Below, one piece after another: positions 18,976 to 27,794 of a stretch of DNA of 57,947 bases. The translations under genes were made by a program, and so were the position numbers. This DNA is from Candidatus Micrarchaeia archaeon (lineage in GTDB: Archaea; Micrarchaeota; Micrarchaeia; Micrarchaeales; Micrarchaeaceae), in NCBI GenBank assembly GCA_049964795.1, contig JBMFWY010000003.1, positions 1-57,947 on the forward strand. Reading direction: 5' to 3'. The notes below the pieces were generated by a model that did not search any database, had not been told where the DNA came from, and saw only the letters and a program-made list of their open reading frames with translations. Position 1 is the stretch's first letter. Every line of letters starts with the position of its first letter.

Positions 18976-20223
18976 TTATACCTTGAATATTTCTTTTGTT
19001 TTTAATATAGCGGAAACTGCCTTATCTATATCTTCTTCGCTGTTGTATATGTAAAAGCTCATTCTTGAAAGTGCGGGCTCGCCAAGCACTCCTCTGACCA
19101 ATGGTATTGCGCAATGATGGCCAGCGCGTATTGCTATACCTTCGCTGTCGAATACACTTGCAATGTCGTGAGAATGCACATTTTTCATGGAAAAAGACAC
19201 CACGCCTACGCGATTGCCTGCCTTGGCTTTTCCTGGACCGTAGACAGTTAAGCCTTTTATTTCCGAAAGCCTTTCAAGCGCGTACTTTGTAAGCTTTTCC
19301 TCGTGCCTTCTTATGTTTTGCATCCCTATTTCAGTCAAATAATCTACAGCTGCACCCAGGCCAATACCCCCTTCTATATTAGAGGTGCCAGCCTCAAATT
19401 TCCAGGGGAGATCGTTCCACACTGAAGAGTCCAACTTGACATCCTTTATCATATCGCCTCCGCCAAACATCGGCTCGGTCTCGTCAAGTATTTCTTCCTT
19501 TGCATAAAGCACACCAATTCCTGCAGGCCCGAGCATTTTATGGCCTGAAAAAGCTAGAAAATCGCTATCTATTTCTGAAACATCTATGCCAATATGGGGC
19601 ACGGATTGGGCACCATCAACAAGAACTTTTGCTCCTGCCCTATGGGCCATGCGAGCTATATACCTAACGTCGTTTATCGTGCCAAGCACGTTTGATGCAT
19701 GCACTACCGATACTAGCCTTGGCTTGTATTGCTGAAGCTTCTCCTTGAAGTCGTCCATATCAAGCCCGTCTTTTGCACTGTTAAGCTTGACATACTTGAA
19801 GATTATCCCTTTCCTGCGCGAAAGAAGCTGCCATGGCACTATATTGCTGTGGTGCTCCATCTCCGTTATTAGTACGACATCTCCTTTCTTTAGATTCTGC
19901 TCTGCCCAAGACAGGGCAACAAGATTTATGGCTTCGGTAGTATTTCTCACATATACTATTTCCTCTATGCTTTTTGCGTTTATCAGCCTTGAAACTTTCT
20001 CCTTTGATTCTACATAAGCGGCAGTTGCCTTTTCTGATAGCTCGTATATGCCGCGGTGTATATTGGCATTGTAGTTCTTGTAATAGTCGGAAACTGCTTC
20101 TATGACTTGAAGTGGCTTTTGTGAAGTCGCAGCGCTGTCCAGATATGTAAGCGGCTTTCCATGCACCTTTACTCGAAATATAGGGAAGTCCTTCTTTATT
20201 TCTTCAGCGTTTATCGCGGCCAT
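18976..20223 (-). CDS. sufS: cysteine desulfurase SufS
   Basis: YLDSAATSQKP, EHHSN, SGHKM and RAGHHCA motifs. Confidence 0.95.
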   Translation of the reverse strand: MAAINAEEIKKDFPIFRVKVHGKPLTYLDSAATSQKPLQVIEAVSDYYKNYNANIHRGIYELSEKATAAYVESKEKVSRLINAKSIEEIVYVRNTTEAINLVALSWAEQNLKKGDVVLITEMEHHSNIVPWQLLSRRKGIIFKYVKLNSAKDGLDMDDFKEKLQQYKPRLVSVVHASNVLGTINDVRYIARMAHRAGAKVLVDGAQSVPHIGIDVSEIDSDFLAFSGHKMLGPAGIGVLYAKEEILDETEPMFGGGDMIKDVKLDSSVWNDLPWKFEAGTSNIEGGIGLGAAVDYLTEIGMQNIRRHEEKLTKYALERLSEIKGLTVYGPGKAKAGNRVGVVSFSMKNVHSHDIASVFDSEGIAIRAGHHCAIPLVRGVLGEPALSRMSFYIYNSEEDIDKAVSAILKTKEIFKV

Positions 20224-20281
20224 TTTATCACACCACAGAATGCTTCGTAGGCGATATGCATTATTATATTCCGTCCAGATA

Positions 20282-21040
20282 TTAACTGCTTTCCTTTGCT
20301 CCTGAGCCCTGCTGGGCAAATCCAGAATAGCCTCCTTTTTCTAGCTTTTCCACGATTTCAGGCCCACCATTTTCGATTATTTTGCCTTCGTAAAGCACAT
20401 GCACAAACTTCGGCTTCATGTAGGAAAGTATCCTGCTGTAATGCGTTATTACAAGAAGGCCCATTTTCTGCTTTTCGTAAATCTCATTTACAATATTTGC
20501 AACATCCTTTAGGGCATCTATGTCAAGGCCGGAATCGGGCTCGTCTAGTACTGCGATCTTTGGCTTAAGAAGCGCAAGCTGAAGTATTTCTGCTTTTTTC
20601 TTCTCACCTCCAGAAAAGCCTTGATTTAGATTTCTGCCTATTACACTGCCGGAAAATTTCAGCTTTTCCGAATATTCTTTTATGGCTTCCATAAACTCTT
20701 TCATGTTTACGCTTCCGCTTAACTCTTCCTTTGCAGATCTTGCAAAATTGACAAAGCCTACTCCCTCTATCTCTACAGGATTCTGGAACTGCAGAAAAAG
20801 CCCGAGTTTTGCTCGCTTGTCAGGACCAAATTTCTCTATAGGCTTGCCGTCAACAAGTATGCTGCCCCCCGTTATCTTTGCGCCCGGATGACCCATTATT
20901 GCTTTTGCAAGGGTAGTCTTGCCTGCACCGTTAGGTCCCATAAGCACATGGAACTCACCTTCTTTTATTCGAAGGTTTATGCCTTTGAGGATTTCCTTTT
21001 CGCCGACTTTTACGTGCAGATCTTTCAGTTCTAGTATCAT
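20282..21040 (-). CDS. sufC: Fe-S assembly ATPase SufC
   Basis: GPNGAGKT, FSGGEKKK and LDEPDSGLD motifs. Confidence 0.95.
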   Translation of the reverse strand: MILELKDLHVKVGEKEILKGINLRIKEGEFHVLMGPNGAGKTTLAKAIMGHPGAKITGGSILVDGKPIEKFGPDKRAKLGLFLQFQNPVEIEGVGFVNFARSAKEELSGSVNMKEFMEAIKEYSEKLKFSGSVIGRNLNQGFSGGEKKKAEILQLALLKPKIAVLDEPDSGLDIDALKDVANIVNEIYEKQKMGLLVITHYSRILSYMKPKFVHVLYEGKIIENGGPEIVEKLEKGGYSGFAQQGSGAKESS

Positions 21041-21081
21041 TGCACCACCTTTTATTTTCGATGTTGGTCCATGCCTGCCCA

Positions 21082-22386
21082 TTATTTATGCCGCAAGGAC
21101 GAATCTTCCTGTTCCTTTTCTTGCCCCGAATATTTTGCGCCGCCTTCAAACATCTCTTTTTTTGCATTTGTATTTGACCATGCTCCTGCTGTGCTGTTGT
21201 TAACAAGCTTTCCAAATTCCCCTGAAATTACTTTTGCATGCAAATGCGAAAGTATTATAGAGCGGGCTATTGGGTCTATTATCGTTGAAATGTTATCTGA
21301 AACAAAACCTTCTAAGATCATGCTTTCTGCAACTATGCGCGGCAGGCCTTTGGACATAAGATAGAACAGGCTTTCTTCTTCTATAGGCGCCGATGCGGCA
21401 GAATGAGTAGCTTTAACATCATTTTCATTTATTGACATGTCGGGCAGCAGGCTTATCCTTGCTTTCTGGCTTGACATGATAGCGCGCTCTTTTATGTATG
21501 CGCTAGCGCCTTTTGAATTGGGGGCTATGCTACTCATGTCTTTTACAAAACCCAAGCTGTTGCCAGAGAGTATGGCATGGACATCGCCAAAATAAGAACT
21601 CCCAATTCCGAGATTTAGCGATGAGTTGAACATGTCGATTTTCTGCTCCTGCGACAGTACTATTGAGGAGCTGGAGCGAAAGTTTGAATGCTCTCCTCGC
21701 AATGATGCAAAATTGCGCACTATGCTGCTTTTAGAGCCAATATAAGTAGAGTTTAACAAAAGGCTTGAGCGGTCTTCGAGTGAAAAGCTTGAAAAATGCA
21801 GGGCATGGGTATTTTCGTCTTCATTATGCAATATGTTGATTTCGGCAGATGCACCCGCTTCTGCAACCACGCGCAATGACGATGCATTCAATGACGCCCT
21901 TTTCTGCTCAGATAAAAATAGCACAAAAAGTTTCAGATTGGAATTTTTCCCTGCTACTATTTCTATATTTGAAACTATAGGTGATTTGAAGTTGGACAAG
22001 GCAATAGAAAGGCTTTGATTTTCGCCCTCGTTGATTTCTATTTCTATGCGCTTGTCCACTTTTTCTTTCAGCATGGTTAGATATTCAGAGTCGGAACTAG
22101 ACAGCATATATGGTATGGATTCATGCAAGGGTTTTGACTTTCCGGCGTTGGAAATTTTTATGGCATCGCTGCTTATCATATGGCCGTTTTTGCAAACAAA
22201 CGCGTCAAAGTTTATCATTAGCTTTTCCTCGGCGTCTTCTGCAAAATCCTCGAATGCGCCTGGGGTGCTGTTGTAGCTGCCGGCAAGTATGCCGCTTATC
22301 TCAGCTTTTTCGCTAAGGGTGTGCCTCTTGTATAGTTCATTAAGGCTCGCTGTATTCTCTGCGTAGCTTATTTCTTCCATTGACAT
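21082..22386 (-). CDS. sufD: SufD-like Fe-S assembly protein
   Basis: C-terminal LPDMSINENDVKATHSA...LFYLMSKG; located between sufB and sufC; divergent N-terminal half. Confidence 0.85.
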   Translation of the reverse strand: MSMEEISYAENTASLNELYKRHTLSEKAEISGILAGSYNSTPGAFEDFAEDAEEKLMINFDAFVCKNGHMISSDAIKISNAGKSKPLHESIPYMLSSSDSEYLTMLKEKVDKRIEIEINEGENQSLSIALSNFKSPIVSNIEIVAGKNSNLKLFVLFLSEQKRASLNASSLRVVAEAGASAEINILHNEDENTHALHFSSFSLEDRSSLLLNSTYIGSKSSIVRNFASLRGEHSNFRSSSSIVLSQEQKIDMFNSSLNLGIGSSYFGDVHAILSGNSLGFVKDMSSIAPNSKGASAYIKERAIMSSQKARISLLPDMSINENDVKATHSAASAPIEEESLFYLMSKGLPRIVAESMILEGFVSDNISTIIDPIARSIILSHLHAKVISGEFGKLVNNSTAGAWSNTNAKKEMFEGGAKYSGQEKEQEDSSLRHK

Positions 22387-22400
22387 TGAAGCACCGAAAT

Positions 22401-23819
22401 TTAGCCGACTGCCTTTGCCGTGTCCAGCTTTATCAGCCTTTTCAGCTCCAAGGAGTATTCTAATGGTAGCACTTTTACCAGCGGCTCTATGAAGCCCAAA
22501 ACTATAAGCGTTACAGCTTCTTCCTCGCTCAGCCCTCTTGACATTAGATAGAAAAGCTCCTCGTCGCCTATCTTGCCGAATTTGGCCTCGTGGCTGACTG
22601 TCGCATCGTTTGCATATATTTCGTTGTAAGGAAGCGTGCTGGACCTTGCTTTTTCGTCAAGCAGCAGAGTGTCGCACCTCACAGAGGATTTGGAGTTCTT
22701 TGCCCTTTCATCTATATGTACAAGACCGCGAAATGTCGTAATTCCTGTGCCTTTCGATACGCTTTTCGATACTATTTTTGAAGTTGTGTTAGGCGCAAGG
22801 TGATATACCTTTCCGCCGCTGTCTTGCACCTGTGAGTCTCCTGCCACTGCTATAGATAACACTTCGCCTATTGCACCTTCCCCCTTAAGAAAAACGCTGG
22901 GATACTTCATGTTTACTTTGCTCCCTATGTTTGCGTCTATCCATTCGACATGCGCATTTTCGTACGCAAACGCGCGTTGAGTAACTAAATTGTAAATATT
23001 CTTAGACCAGTTTTGTATCGTGACATACCTCACGTGAGAATTTTTGTGTGCAACAATTTCCACTACGGCGGCATGAAGAGAAGAGCTTCTGTAAATGGGC
23101 GCGGTGCATCCTTCAACGTATGTGACTTCCGCACCTTCGTCCGCGATGATAAGCGTTCGCTCAAATTGTCCTATCTTTTCAGAATTAATCCTGAAATATG
23201 CATGTAAAGGCATGGAAAGCTTTACCCCTTTCGGCACATATATGAAAGAGCCGCCGCTCCATACTGCAGTGTTCAGAGCCGCGAACTTGTTGTCTGTTGG
23301 AGGCACGACCGTACCAAAATATTTCTTTACCAAATCCGGATATTTTTTGACTGCCGTGTCAGTATCTACATATATGATACCCTGGGCTTCCAGGTCCTTC
23401 CTTATGCTCCCGTAAACAACTTCGGAGTCGTACTGCGCTTCTTCTCCTGCAAAGAACTTCCTTTCTGCTTCCGGAACGCCCAGCTTGTCAAATGTTTTCT
23501 TTATCTCTTCTGGCAGGCTTTCCCAGCTGCCTTCCTTCTTGTCTGTTGGCTTTTTGTAATAGTAAGTATCTTCAAAGTCTATCCCTGCGAGGCTTGGTCC
23601 CCATTTTGGAATAGGCTTGCTTAAGAAAATCTTGTATGCACTCAGCCTCTTTTCAAGCATCCAATCTGGTTCCATTTTTATTGAAGAGATCTCCCGCACT
23701 ATTTTCTCGGAAAGACCTTTCTCGGTGCTGTATTTGTAGTTGACACTGTCGCTGAACCCGTACATTTTTAAGTACTCCGATTCTTTTTGGACTACCTTTT
23801 CGCTTTTGCCTGAAACCAT
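22401..23819 (-). CDS. sufB: Fe-S assembly scaffold SufB
   Basis: GQFERTLII, YVEGCTAP, MKYPS, RCD and SHEA motifs. Confidence 0.95.
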   Translation of the reverse strand: MVSGKSEKVVQKESEYLKMYGFSDSVNYKYSTEKGLSEKIVREISSIKMEPDWMLEKRLSAYKIFLSKPIPKWGPSLAGIDFEDTYYYKKPTDKKEGSWESLPEEIKKTFDKLGVPEAERKFFAGEEAQYDSEVVYGSIRKDLEAQGIIYVDTDTAVKKYPDLVKKYFGTVVPPTDNKFAALNTAVWSGGSFIYVPKGVKLSMPLHAYFRINSEKIGQFERTLIIADEGAEVTYVEGCTAPIYRSSSLHAAVVEIVAHKNSHVRYVTIQNWSKNIYNLVTQRAFAYENAHVEWIDANIGSKVNMKYPSVFLKGEGAIGEVLSIAVAGDSQVQDSGGKVYHLAPNTTSKIVSKSVSKGTGITTFRGLVHIDERAKNSKSSVRCDTLLLDEKARSSTLPYNEIYANDATVSHEAKFGKIGDEELFYLMSRGLSEEEAVTLIVLGFIEPLVKVLPLEYSLELKRLIKLDTAKAVG

Positions 23820-24066
23820 ACAAACCTGATTAATCCAGAAGCATTGCGGTATTTAAAATTTATGCGAAATAAAAAGAGGAGACATACACTTTTTGCACTG
23901 CTGATTTACAGCGCGCCAAGTTTTTCATGCGATAAGTTTTTATTAGTTCGATGAGACAGACAACCAGATATGCAGGCGCTTTTCTGGCTGCTGCTTTTGG
24001 TGATGCATGCGCTTTGAAAAGCCGCTTTCCTTTTGGCGTGATAAATAGATAACGAAGGTGGAGGAA

Positions 24067-25704
24067 ATGGCTGACAATTTCAGAAATGAATTTACATATA
24101 AAAACTTCTTGGAGTCTGGAAGGGAAAAGGAGTTTGACGCGCTTTTCGATGAAGCGGTAGACAAAGCCAAAAAAAGCTTTGGCGCGACCTACCCTATGGT
24201 AATAGGAGGCAAAGAAGTATTTGCGCAGGAAACCATCGTTGAAAGGTCGCCGATAGATTTGTCTATAGTGATAGGCTATTTTCAAAAAGGCAGCAGGGAG
24301 CATGCAAGGCAAGCCATAGCGGTGGCGAAGGAAGAATTCGCCTCGTGGAGCAAAAAAAGCTACAAGGAGCGCGCGGACATATTCAGGAAAGCCGCCGAAG
24401 TATTTTCAAAGGAAAAATTCAATTTGGCCGCGATACTTAGCTTCGAAAACGCTAAATCAAGATACGAATCGGTAGGGGAAGTAGATGAAGCAATAGACTT
24501 CATGAGGTATTATGCAAACGAATTGGAAAGGAACAAGGGCTATATAAGAAAAACAACTCTTGAAGAAAGCAGCGTGAAAGCAGGGCTTGGATTCCAGGGT
24601 GCGCCGTCTAGCGCGGAGAAAGTTACCATAAGCATGAAGCCGTACGGTGTTTTTGGCGTTATAGCGCCTTTCAATTTCCCAGTATCTATATCCACGGGAA
24701 TGAGCGTAGGCGCAATGATAACTGGCAACACTGTAGTCTTCAAGCCTTCTTCTTCGGACAACATGACAATGCTCACCGGCTACATGATATACAAGCTTCT
24801 AAAAGAGGCAGGGGTGCCTGAGGGGGTCTTTAATTATATCACTGGCCCGGGATCGGAAGTAGGGGATGAGCTTGTAGTTAACAAGGATGTGCAAGGGATA
24901 GTATTTACAGGGTCTAGAGACACGGGCTTGAGGATGCTTACCAAGGTATATAGCGCAGGCATGCAGAAAGTTTTCGTTGTAGAGATGGGGGGCAAGAACC
25001 CTACAATTGTATCAAAATACGCGGACATCGACGATGCGGTAAACGGCGTTGCCAGCGCGGCATTTGGATTTGCAGGTCAGAAATGCAGCGCTCTTTCTAG
25101 GGTGTATGTGCACGAATCAATAAAAGAGCTTTTTCTGAGCAAGCTGATAGAAAAAGCGCGATCTTTCAAGATAGGCGACCCTATCAAAAAGGAAAACTAT
25201 ATGGGCCCGCTTATAAGCGAAAGCGCATACAAGCGTTATGCAGAATCTGTCGAAAAGATAAAATCTTCCGGCAGGCTGCTTTATGGAGGCAACGCTGTGA
25301 ACACAGGATTGAAAGGCTTCTATGTGGAACCCGTTATTGCAGAGCTAAGCCATTCTCATGAGCTGTTCCACAAAGAGCTTTTCGTGCCTATACTAGTCAT
25401 AGACAGCTACAAGAGCTTCGAGGAAGCTTTGCAGAAAGCAAATGATGTGGAGTATGGGCTTACGGCAGGCTTGTACAGCAGGAACAAGAAAGAGATAAGG
25501 GAATTTTCAGAAGGAATAGAAGCAGGAGTTGTTTATATAAACAGAGCGATAAGCGCAACTACAGGAGCCATAGTTGGCCTGCATACTTTCGTGGGGTGGA
25601 AAGGGAGCGGGCTCACAGGAAAAGGCACAGGCAGCAAGTTCTACCTCCAGCAGTTCCTCAGAGAGCAAAGCGTATCGCTGACAGACAGCAAGAAGCCAAA
25701 ATAA
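24067..25704 (+). CDS. aldehyde dehydrogenase, probable 1-pyrroline-5-carboxylate dehydrogenase (PruA/RocA type)
   Basis: EAIDFMRYY, PFNFP, FTGS, EMGGKN and the P5CDH-type catalytic motif AFGFAGQKCSA. Confidence 0.85.
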   Translation: MADNFRNEFTYKNFLESGREKEFDALFDEAVDKAKKSFGATYPMVIGGKEVFAQETIVERSPIDLSIVIGYFQKGSREHARQAIAVAKEEFASWSKKSYKERADIFRKAAEVFSKEKFNLAAILSFENAKSRYESVGEVDEAIDFMRYYANELERNKGYIRKTTLEESSVKAGLGFQGAPSSAEKVTISMKPYGVFGVIAPFNFPVSISTGMSVGAMITGNTVVFKPSSSDNMTMLTGYMIYKLLKEAGVPEGVFNYITGPGSEVGDELVVNKDVQGIVFTGSRDTGLRMLTKVYSAGMQKVFVVEMGGKNPTIVSKYADIDDAVNGVASAAFGFAGQKCSALSRVYVHESIKELFLSKLIEKARSFKIGDPIKKENYMGPLISESAYKRYAESVEKIKSSGRLLYGGNAVNTGLKGFYVEPVIAELSHSHELFHKELFVPILVIDSYKSFEEALQKANDVEYGLTAGLYSRNKKEIREFSEGIEAGVVYINRAISATTGAIVGLHTFVGWKGSGLTGKGTGSKFYLQQFLREQSVSLTDSKKPK

Positions 25705-25816
25705 GCTGACTTCTTGATGCTATTCTGCCCAGCCAACAGGCAAGGCAGCTGAAGCACATTTTCAAATAGTGAGTTAATCGGGTCGGAGCATGTGTATATT
25801 CAGGCTTCTTTATAAG

Positions 25817-26200
25817 ATGCAAAAGTATTCGAAGCGGAAAGTGATGATTGGGGGCGAAAAGTTCGAGCTGTTTGTTGCTGATTCTTTCACAAAAAAAGCG
25901 ATAGGCTTAATGTACAGGGATACTATAGGCAAAAAGGAAGGCATGCTATTCAAATTTGATAAGGAAGGGTATTACAGCATATGGATGCACAACATGCTTT
26001 TCAGCATAGACATATTTTGGGTAGACAGTTCCGGAAATATAGTTGACATGGTAAAGGATGCCAAGCCTTGCGAGAAGTTCATGGGATTGGGGTGCAAGGT
26101 CTACAAGCCAAAGGAAAAGAGCATGTATGTAATAGAGACGGCCAGCGGCTTTGCCGGAGCGGCAAGCATAAGTATAGGGGATAAAGTAAGCTTTGCATGA
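25817..26200 (+). CDS. DUF192 family protein
   Basis: GLMYR, GMLF, WMHNMLFSIDI and YVIE motifs. Confidence 0.85.
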   Translation: MQKYSKRKVMIGGEKFELFVADSFTKKAIGLMYRDTIGKKEGMLFKFDKEGYYSIWMHNMLFSIDIFWVDSSGNIVDMVKDAKPCEKFMGLGCKVYKPKEKSMYVIETASGFAGAASISIGDKVSFA

Positions 26201-26324
26201 AGATAGCAATAAAATGCAGAATGCAAAGCTTCAATGAGCGCGTTCGAAGCCTATGATAAGCAGAGTAGACAAAAAAAGATCCAAAAAGTAAAAGTAAAGA
26301 ATAAAATAAAACAAAAAAGGCTAA

Positions 26325-26549
26325 TTATCTCCTTCCCTTCCTGTTTGCCTTTGCCCTTGCGATATATCCGCTTTTGTCAATGAAGTACAGGTATCCCTCT
26401 TGCTTCGCGATCTTTTCAGATCCTACTTTTGCCTTTCTTCCACGAGGATTTGTCTTCATTGGAGCCCTCCAGGCATATCCATCCTTACCTACAAAATAGA
26501 GATAGCCATCTTCTTTCTCTATTTTTTCCTTTCCTATTCTTTCGGCCAT
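26325..26549 (-). CDS. small basic protein with two GYLYF repeats, function unknown
   Basis: 74 aa with two ~30-aa repeats. GGTGA SD, TTTAAAT TATA box and a T-rich terminator. Confidence 0.85.
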   Translation of the reverse strand: MAERIGKEKIEKEDGYLYFVGKDGYAWRAPMKTNPRGRKAKVGSEKIAKQEGYLYFIDKSGYIARAKANRKGRR

Positions 26550-26592
26550 TACTTTCACCGATAGGATACACACACATCAAATTTAAATACTT

Positions 26593-26612
26593 ATCGTCGT
26601 GACGCCGACGAT
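26593..26612. promoter_or_regulatory. inverted repeat ATCGTCG-N6-CGACGAT next to a TATA box
   Basis: Perfect 7-bp arms, imperfectly extendable (TACTT/AAGTA), adjacent to TTTAAAT at 26582-26588 in a divergent intergenic region. Confidence 0.5.
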
Positions 26613-26734
26613 TAAGTAAATGGTGCTTTTGAACATTTTACACTGCAAGCACTCCTCAAAAAGCCGCAATTCGACTACAAAAGGCAAAACAAAACAATTA
26701 TTAAATGTTATTTTCAAGGATAAAGCGTGATTGT

Positions 26735-27469
26735 ATGATAGAGATAAAGATGATTAAAGATGCCGATTTCAAGGGATACACATTTGTAGAAGGTTTCCCT
26801 GGAACAGGGCTCGTCGGCCCGATGGCTGTCAGCTATATAATAGACAAGCTGGAGCTTGAATATGCAGGCTACCTTGACAGCGCTGATTTTCCCCCTCTCG
26901 TCTCTGTGCACAATAGCTCGCCGATGAAGCCGGTAAGGATTTACTACAGCAGCAAATACAAAATTTGCACAATCTTCGCGGAGTTTGCCATGCCCGTAAA
27001 CATGATCTATGAAGTGTCTTCGGAAATATACAAATTCATGAAAAATAAGGGAGTTTCAAAAATAATATCTATAGGAGGCATTCCGGAAACCACACCTACA
27101 AAAAGCATCCTTTCAATAGCCTCGACTCCTGCAATGCAGAAGCTTGCAAAGATGGCAGGGCTTACCCTGATAAATGATGGGGTTTCTGTTGGGGTCAGCG
27201 CAATGCTGATAAGCAATGCTACCCTTGACAGCATAGACGACCTAAATATACTGGTGCCGGTAGCAGGAGAGATAATAGACCCGAAGTATGCGGAATATGC
27301 GATAGAAGCGTTCAACAAGGTTACAAAACTCAATATAGATGTAAGCGAACTGGAGAGAGAGGCGAAAGAAGTAGAGGCAAAGATACGCGAGATAATGAAG
27401 AAAGGCAAGGATACGCATGATAGCTACAAGAAGGTAGTAAACAACACAAGCCCCTCAATGTACGCATAA
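26735..27469 (+). CDS. PAC2-family proteasome assembly chaperone
   Basis: EGFPGTGLVG, FPPLVSV and IISIGG motifs; C-terminal HbYX-like MYA. Confidence 0.9.
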   Translation: MIEIKMIKDADFKGYTFVEGFPGTGLVGPMAVSYIIDKLELEYAGYLDSADFPPLVSVHNSSPMKPVRIYYSSKYKICTIFAEFAMPVNMIYEVSSEIYKFMKNKGVSKIISIGGIPETTPTKSILSIASTPAMQKLAKMAGLTLINDGVSVGVSAMLISNATLDSIDDLNILVPVAGEIIDPKYAEYAIEAFNKVTKLNIDVSELEREAKEVEAKIREIMKKGKDTHDSYKKVVNNTSPSMYA

Positions 27470-27495
27470 GCTTTTAATGCTGTGCATTTTTTTAT

Positions 27496-27598
27496 GCAGG
27501 GGTGGCAGAGTCTGGTTTGGCACAAGCCACAGAAAAATGCGCAGGACTTAAGATCCTGTGGTCTAGCGCCTACGTGAGTTCGAATCTCACCCCCTGCA
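27496..27598 (+). tRNA. tRNA-Leu(TAA) with a 19-nt D-loop intron at 20/21 (intron 27517-27535)
   Basis: Acceptor GCAGGGG/CCCCTGC; anticodon arm CAGGA-CT-TAA-GA-TCCTG; long variable arm; splice motif with a TCTG/CAGA helix and a TGGC/GCCA intron hairpin. Confidence 0.92.
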
Positions 27599-27794
27599 CA
27601 ACCACATTTTGCAGGCAGCTGGCCGTAAATGGAAGACTTGAACTTGCACGCTTCAGATTTAGGGCATTGAGAGGGCAGACAGCACAGCAAAAAGAATAAA
27701 TAAAGATGGGTAGCTTAACAATATTAATATCTCATTGTGACATCCTTATTTAGGAATATGCAAATTGCGGATAAAAGTGCACAGAGTTGGTTGA

